This document shows positions 50,881 to 60,718 of a stretch of DNA of 64,000 nucleotides, one piece after another; position 1 is the stretch's first letter, and the number at the start of each line of letters is the position of its first letter. Origin of the DNA: Candidatus Binatia bacterium (GTDB lineage: Bacteria; Desulfobacterota; Binatia; Bin18). The notes beneath the pieces are model-generated. The model ran no database searches, was not told the origin of the DNA, and worked only from the letters and a program-made list of their open reading frames with translations. A program made the translations under genes and the position numbers. The stretch spans positions 832,001 to 896,000 of the forward strand of contig OY761159.2 in the NCBI GenBank assembly GCA_963664395.2. Direction: 5' to 3'.

Positions 50881-51153
50881 TTAATCGATATACGGGCTGA
50901 AATTCCGCATAGCGAGCAAGAGGGCTTCAAGGTCAGCGTATTCGCTCAGTTCGATATACAGAAAATCATACTGACTGCGGACTTCGTCCGGGTCTTGTTC
51001 ATCCTGAGGAACGCTGAAAAGCGCCTCAAATTCCTTGATCATACCTTGCGATTGCAGCTTGGTCTCAATCGGAATTTCATCGTTGACGGCGATCAGCAGT
51101 TTGGTCTGCTTAATCAGCCGCAGGATCATCTCCTCATCGCTACGCTCTGGCAT
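50881..51153 (-). CDS. Hypothetical protein
   Basis: 90 aa acidic ORF with RBS GGAG, 16 nt downstream of the TPR gene. Confidence 0.65.
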   Translation of the reverse strand: MPERSDEEMILRLIKQTKLLIAVNDEIPIETKLQSQGMIKEFEALFSVPQDEQDPDEVRSQYDFLYIELSEYADLEALLLAMRNFSPYID

Positions 51154-51169
51154 GCAATCTCCGACCGCT

Positions 51170-51526
51170 CTATTTGTTCTCTTCTTGCTCCGATTTCTGT
51201 TCTTGCAATTGTCGTTTCCAGTCGAGCATCCGCGCCTTGGCCGCCACAGCCTCGGCCTCCGGAACCATATCTTTCTGCTGGTACAGGCGGGATAATATCG
51301 TGTAGCTCATCTCGTCGTCCGGGCTCAGCTCGGTCAACTTTTTTGCCATTTCAATGGCTTCATCGAGCTGTTCATTATCCGCATACGCATGGGCGAGGTC
51401 ATGCACGGCTTCGACATGGTTCGGGTCAATCTCCAGAATAGCCTTATAGGTGGTAATGGCTTGACCGGTCTCTCCGTCACACAGGAAATCGTAGGCTTCA
51501 TCGTACAGTGCTTCGATGGATGGCAT
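51170..51526 (-). CDS. Tetratricopeptide repeat protein
   Basis: A...Y...LEIDPN, LA.AY, A......ELSPDD. Confidence 0.85.
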   Translation of the reverse strand: MPSIEALYDEAYDFLCDGETGQAITTYKAILEIDPNHVEAVHDLAHAYADNEQLDEAIEMAKKLTELSPDDEMSYTILSRLYQQKDMVPEAEAVAAKARMLDWKRQLQEQKSEQEENK

Positions 51527-51634
51527 GGCCGTTCTCCTTGGGTGCAGACAACCTAGCGGATTTCCGTAACAGCTCCAACCCCGTATCGCCCTCTCGTTGA
51601 CAGGGTTTTAGCGAGTTCCTATGCTCTTTTTCCT

Positions 51635-52720
51635 GTGAATACCCCAAGAAACCCAATAGACGCACGAGTCCTGGATTTTATCACCGCTCCCGACGGGAAG
51701 GACTTTGGAACCCTGGCCCTGGCAGTCTTCGCGTATCAATTTGAGAATAACCTCCCGTACCGGCGTTTCTGCCTGGCCAGAGACAAGACACCCGAGACCG
51801 TCCGGACGTGGAAAGATATTCCGGCCGTCCCTACGGTCGCCTTCAAAGAGCTTGATCTTACCTGCGGTCCGCCGGAAAAGATTTTTTTGACCAGTGGCAC
51901 CACGCGGGGACAGGAAAAGCGCGGGCGGCACCTTGTCCCGGACCTTCAGTTGTACCACGCCTCAGCTCTGGCCCACTTCTCGCAATGCCTGCTGCCCGAA
52001 AAGCGTCCCCTGCGTGTCTTGAGTTTGATTCCGGGTCCTGAGACACAGCCGAACTCATCGCTGACACAAATGGCTGCATGGGTCATGCGAGACTTGGGGA
52101 GCGCTGACAGTCGCTATTTTATTGATGCGGACGGTATTCACCTCGAAGCGTTTGCCGAAGCAGCCACGCATGCCCAAGCGACGAGTGAGCCGGTATGCGT
52201 CCTGGCGATTACGTCCGCCTTAGTCGCCTTTTTTGATTGGTGCGGCGTGAATAAAAAAACCTTTGCCTTCCCATCCAGTAGCCGCATTATGGATACGGGC
52301 GGCAATAAGGGCAAAGGCCGCTCGCTCTCTCGCAACGGCTATCTGCAATCGTGTTGGAAATATCTCAAGGTCGCCGGCTATTACTGTGTGAATGAATACG
52401 GCATGACCGAGATGGCCTCGCAGTTTTACGACCACGTCTTGTACAACCGCTTTCGGAAGAGCAATGAACCTCGGTATAAAATCGGGCCGGCCTGGACGCG
52501 CACGCTGGTCGTCCATCCCGAAACCCTGGAAGAAGTGCCGCCGGGCGAACACGGTATTTTACGTCACTTTGACCTGGCCAACTGCGGCTCGGTCATGGCG
52601 ATTCAGACCGATGATGTGGGCTATTTGACCGGCGAGGGCTTTGAAATTATTGGCCGGACGCCAGGCTCGGAAGCCCGTGGCTGCGCGCTGGTCCTGGACG
52701 AATTTTTGTCGGCGCAGTGA
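51635..52720 (+). CDS. LuxE-like acyl-protein synthetase
   Basis: IPAVPT.AFK, FLTSGTT, MDTGG.KG, NEYGMTE, IQTDD.G, C-terminal EARGC. Confidence 0.88.
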   Translation: MNTPRNPIDARVLDFITAPDGKDFGTLALAVFAYQFENNLPYRRFCLARDKTPETVRTWKDIPAVPTVAFKELDLTCGPPEKIFLTSGTTRGQEKRGRHLVPDLQLYHASALAHFSQCLLPEKRPLRVLSLIPGPETQPNSSLTQMAAWVMRDLGSADSRYFIDADGIHLEAFAEAATHAQATSEPVCVLAITSALVAFFDWCGVNKKTFAFPSSSRIMDTGGNKGKGRSLSRNGYLQSCWKYLKVAGYYCVNEYGMTEMASQFYDHVLYNRFRKSNEPRYKIGPAWTRTLVVHPETLEEVPPGEHGILRHFDLANCGSVMAIQTDDVGYLTGEGFEIIGRTPGSEARGCALVLDEFLSAQ

Positions 52721-54033
52721 CGGGTATAGGCATGCCGTCACCTTCCCCGACCGACCTGAGGGCAAGGCTGGATGCCCTGCTCGCCAACCGTATCCAATAC
52801 CTCGCCTCCAGAACGGCCCGAGACATCTTGGATTGCGTAGACCAGGCCGTTCAACGCTGGCTTGACCCCGACTCCCCAGAACGCCAGGAGGCCGAAGCCC
52901 GTCTCCCGGAAACGACCGGCCTCTCTGCGGCCATGATCCGGTACGTACTACCCCTCATTTTCCAGGAATATCGAGCGGACAAGATAGAAGCGCTCTGCGT
53001 TGATGAGTTGGGTTCTCTTGAAGTCCTTGACCATTTTGCCCCATACGTCTCAGGACAAAAGCGCGCCTACGGCCCACCGCTGATTACGCACGTCTTCGCC
53101 GGCAACGTGCCTGGAGCAGGACTCGACAGCGTCCTCTTCTCTCTGCTTGTGAAATCCGCCGCATTAGTCAAAGCTTCATCCGCGGAGCCACTATTGCCTG
53201 TCCTGTTCGCACGTTCAATTCAAGAAATCGATCCTGTCCTTGGCTCGTGTCTAAGCGTCGTCTCTTGGCCTGGGGGGAAAGCGGACCTGGAAGATATTGC
53301 TTGTGGACGCGCGGACATTGTTGTTGCGTCCGGCTCGGATGCGAGCCTGGCGGCAATCCGGGAACGAACGCGCGGGCAGTTCATCGGCTATGGACACAAG
53401 GTGAGTTTCAGTCTGGTGACCAAAGAGAGTCTGGCTGACGCGGAAGAGACTGCTCACAAAGCGGCTTATGACGTGGCGTTATACGATCAGCAGGGCTGTC
53501 TGTCGCCCCAGCTTATCTATATTGAGGAAGGCGGTGCCGTCACCCCAAAAGAGTTCGCAGCTCTTCTCGCCACGGGCCTGGCCAATTGGCAAACCGAGTT
53601 GCCGCGCGGGCCGGTCCCGCCGGAAGTCAGCACCGCCATCCGAAAAGTGAGAGACGAAGCCGAATGGCAGGCTCTGGCCGGTAAAGATATTGCCCTGCAC
53701 GCGAGCCCAAACGGAACGGACTGGACGGTGGTGTACGATGCCGACCCAACCTTTATCCAATCGCCCTTATACCGGACGATTCGGGTGAAGCCATTACGGA
53801 ACATTGCACAGCTCAGTGGGATTCTTGATACGTGGCGACCCTATCTCGAAGCGGCTGGAGTGGTAGCAGATTCCGCGCGGATGGCGACTCTTGCAGATAC
53901 ATTAGGAGCGTTGGGTGTCAGTCGCGTATGTCAGATCGGGACCATGCAGCGTCCGCCGTTGAGTTGGCGTCATGGTGGACGCCCGAGGATTGGGGATTTG
54001 GTGCGGTGGGTTGGAGTTGAGGGAGGAATATAG
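52717..54033 (+). CDS. LuxC-like acyl-CoA/acyl-protein reductase
   Basis: HVFAGNVP, VK.SS, SGSD, YGHKVS, YDQQGCLSP catalytic Cys, GTMQ.P...W.H.G; GTGA overlap with luxE-like stop. Confidence 0.88.
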   Translation: MTGIGMPSPSPTDLRARLDALLANRIQYLASRTARDILDCVDQAVQRWLDPDSPERQEAEARLPETTGLSAAMIRYVLPLIFQEYRADKIEALCVDELGSLEVLDHFAPYVSGQKRAYGPPLITHVFAGNVPGAGLDSVLFSLLVKSAALVKASSAEPLLPVLFARSIQEIDPVLGSCLSVVSWPGGKADLEDIACGRADIVVASGSDASLAAIRERTRGQFIGYGHKVSFSLVTKESLADAEETAHKAAYDVALYDQQGCLSPQLIYIEEGGAVTPKEFAALLATGLANWQTELPRGPVPPEVSTAIRKVRDEAEWQALAGKDIALHASPNGTDWTVVYDADPTFIQSPLYRTIRVKPLRNIAQLSGILDTWRPYLEAAGVVADSARMATLADTLGALGVSRVCQIGTMQRPPLSWRHGGRPRIGDLVRWVGVEGGI

Positions 54034-54078
54034 AGATGGGGGGCTTCTTATGCTTCTCTGTAGGAACAGAAAGCGAGG

Positions 54079-54957
54079 TTGTTGATGAGAAAGACAGATG
54101 GACGATGCGGATGTGGTGCTCTAAAAGCGAAGATCGATGGTAGGACATTGAGAGACGCATTGAAGCGAACAGAGGTAGATAACAACTTTGGGAAATTCTC
54201 TGATACAGAATGGGTCGATGTTTGTCCGAAATGCAACGCCGACACTCTTTACCGTAAATTCCCATTCCTATGTCACGATGGAGTTATGCGTACTACAGAG
54301 AATTTGGACCCCAACACCAATCTTTATAAATCCAATGACCTGAGTTTTGCTGGCTTCACGTTTTCAAAGTTAGCACTTTACAGCTCAATCGAGCTACTTC
54401 GATGCGAAAACCATTCGCAAGAAGACAGCCTATGGACAGAAAATGTTGAGAAATTGGGCAAGGCCCTTGCAGGAAATCTCGATGCCGACTCTTCTTTCAA
54501 GTTTAGTCATGCTGTTTGCAATTGGGGAGGAGGTCAAAGAGTTTGGGGAAATCTCAAAAAAAATAAGCAACTAGCAAAGAAATTGCGCTCATGGTTCCAG
54601 GAGGCCAACAAAACAGATGACGCTGGGAAGGCAATTTTACCCGGCACAGCAATAAAGGGCCTTGGCGTTTCCTTCGCAAGTAAGCATCTCAGGATGCTTA
54701 ACCCTGAAAAGTTTGCTGTGTTGGATGACGTTCTCAGTCAGGGATTGGGTTTTGCACTAAATATCAAGGGGTATAAGTTCTTTATGAAAATGCTCCGCGA
54801 ATTTCAAAGCAAACACAGTCCCAAGAAATATAATGTTGCAACTCTAGAATCAGGAATTTTTCGGCTTGTCCGCCAACAAGTTCGTACACGCCAATCCAAA
54901 GACATCAGTGGATACCCAATAAATAAAGGGACGTTGCATCTTTTTGATCCTGACTAA
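54079..54957 (+). CDS. Hypothetical protein with OGG-like helix-hairpin-helix glycosylase region (start uncertain)
   Basis: VCNWGG, IKGLGVSFASKHLRMLNP..FAVLD; visibly AT-richer than flanks. Confidence 0.6.
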   Translation: MLMRKTDGRCGCGALKAKIDGRTLRDALKRTEVDNNFGKFSDTEWVDVCPKCNADTLYRKFPFLCHDGVMRTTENLDPNTNLYKSNDLSFAGFTFSKLALYSSIELLRCENHSQEDSLWTENVEKLGKALAGNLDADSSFKFSHAVCNWGGGQRVWGNLKKNKQLAKKLRSWFQEANKTDDAGKAILPGTAIKGLGVSFASKHLRMLNPEKFAVLDDVLSQGLGFALNIKGYKFFMKMLREFQSKHSPKKYNVATLESGIFRLVRQQVRTRQSKDISGYPINKGTLHLFDPD

Positions 54958-55083
54958 GGGAAAGGCCCTCACCCTTCTTGTGTCGCCACCCTGTCTACTT
55001 AGAACGCCGCGCCGCATCAAATGCGAGGTAGACAAACAGTGAGGGAACGGCGATTAAGAGAAATGCAGCAACGTATTCCATAG

Positions 55084-55311
55084 CTAGAGTTCCCTCAAAT
55101 CTTTGATCCAGCTGTCTATCCGAAGATGAAGTCCAACAATTCCAGCACTCACTCCGGTTATAGCCACGAGGTCCATGGTCAAAAGGCTTGTTGAGGCTTG
55201 CCCATAGTTCCCGATAAACCAGCCAATTAAACTAATATCGGTGACAACCATGATACCGAGCCAAAGTTTGAGGTAGGCAATTTGCTCTTTGGCTACCTCA
55301 AGTTCCGACAT
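55084..55311 (-). CDS. Small two-TM hypothetical protein
   Basis: KEQIAYLKLWLGIMVV...; two hydrophobic segments; RBS GAGG. Confidence 0.6.
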   Translation of the reverse strand: MSELEVAKEQIAYLKLWLGIMVVTDISLIGWFIGNYGQASTSLLTMDLVAITGVSAGIVGLHLRIDSWIKDLREL

Positions 55312-55417
55312 CTTCTCTAGTCCTCTCAACCGATATCTCGATGGTACAGCAATGATTAAGTGAGAATCAACACACTGGTGGACAAGGAGGTATTGTTGAG
55401 ATTATTGGAGAGTCACA

Positions 55418-55624
55418 ATGATACAAAACGATCAGGAATTACAAACTACTCGGGAGCGGATCGTACGTCTTGAAGATCAGGTCGCCCGTTTACGTCAAGT
55501 CGAAACGAATCCGGCGAACCACCATGCCTCGGCGTCCGGCTTTTTGGCCGAAATCGACCGCATGCAATTAGAAGTGCGGGAATATTTATCCTTGCACCCA
55601 GCGGAAATAGTCGTGACGGGGTGA
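55418..55624 (+). CDS. Small helical hypothetical protein
   Basis: RBS GGAG; MIQNDQEL...FLAEIDRMQLEVREYL. Confidence 0.6.
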   Translation: MIQNDQELQTTRERIVRLEDQVARLRQVETNPANHHASASGFLAEIDRMQLEVREYLSLHPAEIVVTG

Positions 55625-55710
55625 ATTGGAAGCTCAGACGACAGGGAAGGAGCAGAAAATCCCCTCTCGGGAGGGGATCAGAGACAAAACACCTCATGAC
55701 ATTCGCTCAC

Positions 55711-56802
55711 CTACACCGGCGGTATCCAGCCTAAATCCTGGTAGCGCTTAATCAAGTTCCGCAACATATCTTCCGTATCCATACACTCGTGGAAACCGGC
55801 CTGTCTGATTTTAATCGTACTGACAATTATTGGCGGTGGAGCCTCTGACGCGCCGTAGGCAAAAGACAGGTCAGTCAGTTCAAACGATCCGCCTACAAAG
55901 TCCAGCATGTTTCGCGGAGCCTTGAGCTGATATTTATCGACAATCGCGGCCCATTCGGCATCGCGCTTGGGCATTTCTTCTGTCAGACACATCGGCTCAG
56001 GCGGACCGACTTCCATGCCCAGGGCATCCGCAATGGCCGGCCAGACATTTTGCCACACAAACACATCGCCATTGGTGCTGTTAAACGTCTCGTTGCGCGC
56101 GTTCGGGCTGGTGGCGGCCCAGGCTAAGGAGCGCGCCAGCAGGCCGGCATCCACCGCTTCAAACACGTAGGCCGAGCCGCCGGGGAACGAGAGCGGCAGA
56201 CCGGCTTCTTTACGCAGCGCCGCGTAAACACACAGGGCGGGCAAAACATTGAGGTTGCCCTTCAGCGCTTCACCAAAAATGAGCTGAGGTCGGAAGATTG
56301 ACCAGGACCAGTCTTTTCCCTGCTGCTGATCGCGTAGATAGTCTTCTTGCAGGAAATAGAAATTTTCATGCTGATGGCGCGGCCAACGCTCACGGGCCGG
56401 AGCAGGAAAGGGTTCGATATGCACGCCGTAGGCTTTGGTGCCTTGCAACAGCGACACATGTTGGATATTTTTCGCCGCACCCTTGAGCGGTTCAAACAGA
56501 TTCTCCAGCATCCTCAGATTCGTTTCCATCTGGTCCCGCTCACGCCAGCCCTGCACCACACCGGGTTTTTCATACAGCGCGGTATAGACCACATGGGTCA
56601 CATCGTGCATGTGGCTGAAGACTTCGGTACAACGAGCCTGGTCTTGCAGATCAACGGATATGAGCGTGGCGCCCTCAAGGCCGTCAGGAATACGGCGTGA
56701 CACACCGGCCACATCCCAATCGTCCAGGCTGGCAAAATGGCGCACAGCCGCAAACCCAACCAGTCCGGATGCACCGGCAACTAAGACTTTCTTCTTGGCC
56801 AT
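55711..56802 (-). CDS. SDR oxidoreductase, PRISE (progesterone 5-beta-reductase-like) type
   Basis: GASGLVG, THVVYTA, LLQGTKAYG, NFYFLQED, IFRPQ, STIKIRQAGF. Confidence 0.88.
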   Translation of the reverse strand: MAKKKVLVAGASGLVGFAAVRHFASLDDWDVAGVSRRIPDGLEGATLISVDLQDQARCTEVFSHMHDVTHVVYTALYEKPGVVQGWRERDQMETNLRMLENLFEPLKGAAKNIQHVSLLQGTKAYGVHIEPFPAPARERWPRHQHENFYFLQEDYLRDQQQGKDWSWSIFRPQLIFGEALKGNLNVLPALCVYAALRKEAGLPLSFPGGSAYVFEAVDAGLLARSLAWAATSPNARNETFNSTNGDVFVWQNVWPAIADALGMEVGPPEPMCLTEEMPKRDAEWAAIVDKYQLKAPRNMLDFVGGSFELTDLSFAYGASEAPPPIIVSTIKIRQAGFHECMDTEDMLRNLIKRYQDLGWIPPV

Positions 56803-56915
56803 ACTTCCCTCCTTGTGTGTACCTGAGCTGTACCTGGCGCACGCTACCAATTTCGCTGTCAGGGTCAAGAGGACATTTATTGCTGAGCCGACCTCCCTCA
56901 CGTATGCTGCCGGCT

Positions 56916-58112
56916 ATGGCTTCTCTTCGTGACGATTTTCTGCGCTACGTGAGTCAAACCTCTCCTGAACCCATGGGTCTGGAAGTCGCACGCTCGCACG
57001 GCTGTGTTGTGGTGGACACCAGCGGCAAGGAATATCTCGACCTGCTGTCCGGCATTGGCGTGACCGGCATCGGCCATACCCATCCGGCCGTAGTGCAGGC
57101 CGTTCAGACCCAGGCTGAGCGTTATCTGCACGCCATGGTCTACGGTGAGTACATTCAGAAGCCACAGGTTGATCTGGCGCGGCGACTGGCCGAACTGGCC
57201 CCCGGCGAGCTGTCGGTTACATACTTCACAAATAGTGGCACGGAGGCAGTCGAGGGCGCGCTCAAGACCGCCCGGAAATATACCGGGCGGTCCGGCTTTG
57301 TCAGTTTTGTCGGCAGCTTTCACGGTGACACGTTTGGGTCCGTGTCAGTCGGGGGCAATCCAGTCTATCGAGACCCCTTTGAACCCCTGCTGCCGACCAC
57401 GACGTTTCTTCCGTTTAATGATCGCACGGCCTTGCACAAAATCGACGAGACAGCCGCAGCAGTCATTATCGAACCAATCCAGGGCGAAGGGGGCGTCCGT
57501 ATTCCGGACGACAATTATGTACCGGCAGTACGCCAACGCTGCTCCGAGGTCGGCGCCTTGCTTATTTTTGATGAAGTGATTACCGGCTTCGGTCGGACCG
57601 GTAAATTGTTTGCCAGCGAGCATTGGCAGGTCACCCCGGACATCCTGGTCGTTGCCAAAGCCCTGGGCGGCGGTATGCCCCTCGGGGCGTTTATCAGTAC
57701 GCCCCAGATCATGGCAACGTTGTCACACGATCCAGCCCTCGCTCATGTCACAACTTTTGGCGGCCATCCGGTATGCTGCGCTGCGGGCCTGGCCTCACTC
57801 GACGTTATTCTTCAAGAAAACCTGGTACAGCGGGCACAGGAAAAAGGGGCGGAGTTCTGTCGCAGGCTTGAAACGTTGGTCGAGACGGGCAGGTGTACTG
57901 CCGTGCGGGGACGCGGCTTACTGATTGGAATAGACTTCACCACACCGCAGATAACGCGGCAGTTTGTTCAGGGCTGCTTTGCCCAGGGGCTTATCTTGGG
58001 CTGGACTCTGCATGAAGACACGGTTGTCCGCCTGGCCCCACCGCTGGTAATTTCTTCGGAAGAGATTGATCGAGCGGTGTCGATTATGCGGCGGGTGCTG
58101 GAGCGTTTATAG
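56916..58112 (+). CDS. Class III PLP aminotransferase (ArgD-like)
   Basis: NSGTEAVEGA, FHG.T, EPIQGEGG, FDEVITGFGRTG, AKALGGG.P, TTFGG. Confidence 0.93.
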   Translation: MASLRDDFLRYVSQTSPEPMGLEVARSHGCVVVDTSGKEYLDLLSGIGVTGIGHTHPAVVQAVQTQAERYLHAMVYGEYIQKPQVDLARRLAELAPGELSVTYFTNSGTEAVEGALKTARKYTGRSGFVSFVGSFHGDTFGSVSVGGNPVYRDPFEPLLPTTTFLPFNDRTALHKIDETAAAVIIEPIQGEGGVRIPDDNYVPAVRQRCSEVGALLIFDEVITGFGRTGKLFASEHWQVTPDILVVAKALGGGMPLGAFISTPQIMATLSHDPALAHVTTFGGHPVCCAAGLASLDVILQENLVQRAQEKGAEFCRRLETLVETGRCTAVRGRGLLIGIDFTTPQITRQFVQGCFAQGLILGWTLHEDTVVRLAPPLVISSEEIDRAVSIMRRVLERL

Positions 58113-58115
58113 GAG

Positions 58116-58556
58116 CTACGATTCGATTTTTCCCCAGGCGTGCACCTTGGTTGGCGAGATGCGGACCATGGCATTATTGGCAAAGGTGAGGGCCATCGCT
58201 CGATACTGCGGATAGCGTTCGCGCAGCAGAGCCAGCATCCGGTCGTATTCGGCTTCATCAGTAACCAGAGCAGTGGTGCCGGTAATCAAGACATAGGCAA
58301 GCTGGGTCCAGTCGTCGTCATAGTCATCAATAACGAGGGCCGCCTGAGGATTTTCCAACATATTGCGAATACGTTTAATGGGTTTTCCGGTCTGGCGCTT
58401 GGGCTTTTGGTCAACCACAAAATAGATGTGCTCACCATTAAAGGCATAGCAAAATGGAATCACATGCGGCTGGCCATTGACATCAGCGGTCGCCAAGCGG
58501 GCAACAATGTGGTCATTGATGAAGCGCTGAACCGGCTCTGAAATAGCGATAGGCAT
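58116..58556 (-). CDS. PPOX-class (putative F420-dependent) oxidoreductase, Rv0121-like
   Basis: VARLAT, PHVIP..A, VDQKPK, RIRN...NP, DDYDDDW..L, YPQY. Confidence 0.85.
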   Translation of the reverse strand: MPIAISEPVQRFINDHIVARLATADVNGQPHVIPFCYAFNGEHIYFVVDQKPKRQTGKPIKRIRNMLENPQAALVIDDYDDDWTQLAYVLITGTTALVTDEAEYDRMLALLRERYPQYRAMALTFANNAMVRISPTKVHAWGKIES

Positions 58557-58565
58557 ACGGCTGTG

Positions 58566-59633
58566 TCACTGTCCTGCCGGTGTAAGCTCAGGTGCAAGCG
58601 GTTCGTCTTGCTCAGCTTGCCTGGCAGCCTGAAGAGGTTCTCCACAAAAAGACGCCTGCGCCTCGCGGTACATCTCCTCGGCCCGACCGGCATAGCGCGG
58701 AGAAAAGTGGAAGACCCGTAACTCCCGTACTTGGGCTGAGCGACCGAGCAGTCCGGCCTGTTTTGTGGTGAGATGGTAACGCTTGGTGGCTTGATCCTCG
58801 TCTTCATCCAGAAATGGAGATTCGCAGAAAAAGACATCTGCGCTCTGGGCCAGGGTCGCGATGCGTTCCGCATTCTCCGGGCTGAAGAGCGTGTCCACAA
58901 CGTAGGCAAATTTCTGTCCGGGCGTTTCTTTTACCAGCGATTCCCGCGCCTGGTGCAGGCTGAAATCCCGTGAGCGGTCTTGTCCGTTTTCTTTCCACCG
59001 GGCAGTGACTACACAGCTATCCGGCTCTCCCCGGCGCAGGGCGCTTTTGAGTTCGGACAGCCACGGACCAGGGGGTATGCCAATACGCGCTAAGTGTACC
59101 GTATCCACATTCAGATGACTCTTCTCTTCCAGCGCAAACGCCATGGAGTAGATGCGATGGTCAAGATGGGTCGCTCGAATACAAAATGCCGGCTCATCCA
59201 ACACGACACCGTGAAACGGCTGCGCAGACAGCGGCTCGCGAGTAAAACCAGTTGAAGCATGGAATACTGCGCGCTGCATCGACTCAGGCGAGACCTCCGC
59301 CACCTCTAATGAGAAACCATAGCCATCAACCAGATTCCAGGTATAGCCGCGGAGTTTGCCCTCAACACAGTCCAGGATGCCGGGCGGCCCATAGAGCCAT
59401 AGTTTCTTGTCCCGACCCAGAAACAAACGCAGCAGTCGATCGAACCCAATGAAATGGTCCATGTGACAGTGCGAGACAAACACATGGCTAACCCGTAAAA
59501 GCTCTCCAGCCGGGAAGGCATCGTTCTGGCCGAGGTCGAACAACAAAGCCCGACCTTCCCAGCGCAGATGTATATACAGCCCAGGGTCACCAAACGGCCC
59601 GTTTATCAGACGGGGGACAAAGGCGGGATTCAT
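58566..59633 (-). CDS. RNase Z-like metallo-beta-lactamase
   Basis: NGPFGDP, LLFDLG, SHCHMDH, LDH, YVVDT, HLT, FHFSPRY. Confidence 0.85.
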   Translation of the reverse strand: MNPAFVPRLINGPFGDPGLYIHLRWEGRALLFDLGQNDAFPAGELLRVSHVFVSHCHMDHFIGFDRLLRLFLGRDKKLWLYGPPGILDCVEGKLRGYTWNLVDGYGFSLEVAEVSPESMQRAVFHASTGFTREPLSAQPFHGVVLDEPAFCIRATHLDHRIYSMAFALEEKSHLNVDTVHLARIGIPPGPWLSELKSALRRGEPDSCVVTARWKENGQDRSRDFSLHQARESLVKETPGQKFAYVVDTLFSPENAERIATLAQSADVFFCESPFLDEDEDQATKRYHLTTKQAGLLGRSAQVRELRVFHFSPRYAGRAEEMYREAQASFCGEPLQAARQAEQDEPLAPELTPAGQ

Positions 59634-59690
59634 AGAGTACAGCAGCCGTTCAAACCGTGAGCGATATTATCCGTTGTGTTCCCCCACTTT

Positions 59691-59734
59691 GCAAGCCAGG
59701 AGCAAGCCAGAAGCAAGCCAAGAGCAAGCCAGAA
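59691..59734. repeat. 11-bp tandem repeat GCAAGCCARRA x4 in a divergent intergenic region
   Basis: Direct reading. Confidence 0.85.
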
Positions 59735-59880
59735 TGGCCAAACACATCCGTCACAGCACGCAAATGAGGCCCTCAATCAGGGTCCAAGTCGGGGTTCAAG
59801 TAGGGTTATTGACAGCCGCAGGGCTGGTCGCTACCCCTACTGAACCGGCAATAGAGGATGTGCAAAGGGAGTGACCACCA

Positions 59881-60714
59881 ATGGCGACGATCATCACCGA
59901 GGACTGTATTAACTGCGCGGCGTGCGAACCGGAGTGTCCGAATACGGCGATCTATCAGGGGGGCGTGGAGTGGGAGTTTAACGGCGCGCAGCACCCGGCG
60001 ATTGATGAGGACATTTTCTATATCGTGCCGGACAAGTGTACCGAATGTGTGGGATTTTTCGATCAGGAGGCATGTGCGGCGGTGTGTCCGGTAGACTGCT
60101 GCCTGCCCAACCCGGACATTGTGGAGACCGAAGAAGCGTTACTGGTGCGGGCCAAGGCGTTGCATCCCGAGCAAACGTTTGGCGCGGATTTCCCGTCGCG
60201 CTTCAAAGGGGACGGGGGAGACGCTGCTCCGGTCGCCGCCGAGGCGCCGGCGGCTGAAGCTGCCTCGGCTCCACAACCTGCTCCGGTCGCCGCGCCAACG
60301 CCGGTCGCCGCGCCTGCCTCGGTTGCAGACGTTGTCTCACTATCCATTCCGAGCGTAGACGAGTGGCAGGTGCCGATTAATTGTCAGCGCTGCGACGGAG
60401 AATTCAGTGCGCCTTTTCGGCATTTTCGGATCGGCGTTGTCTTCTACTGTACTCATTGTGGCGGCTCGCTCGTGGTCAACTCATCCATGTTTAAGGAGGT
60501 CGCCACTGCCCTGGATACCTTCCATGCGCAGTGGGCGGGCGACTTCGACGCCTTTCAAGACAAACGTCAGCGCGAACTTGAAGAATTTGAGGAGAGGAAA
60601 CGAGTGGACCTTGAGAATTTTTCGGGAAAGCTCAGACGGGTCGTTGCCGGGGCAAAACCAGCCGGAGGCCCCCACCGTCGTCTGTCGATGTTTGGCTTTC
60701 AGCGGGTCGGCTAA
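59881..60714 (+). CDS. YfhL-type 2[4Fe-4S] ferredoxin with Ala/Pro linker and C-terminal CxxC...CxxC domain
   Basis: CINCAACEPECP, CTECVG.....CAAVCPVDCC; CQRC...CTHC. Confidence 0.88.
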   Translation: MATIITEDCINCAACEPECPNTAIYQGGVEWEFNGAQHPAIDEDIFYIVPDKCTECVGFFDQEACAAVCPVDCCLPNPDIVETEEALLVRAKALHPEQTFGADFPSRFKGDGGDAAPVAAEAPAAEAASAPQPAPVAAPTPVAAPASVADVVSLSIPSVDEWQVPINCQRCDGEFSAPFRHFRIGVVFYCTHCGGSLVVNSSMFKEVATALDTFHAQWAGDFDAFQDKRQRELEEFEERKRVDLENFSGKLRRVVAGAKPAGGPHRRLSMFGFQRVG

Positions 60715-60718
60715 AACA

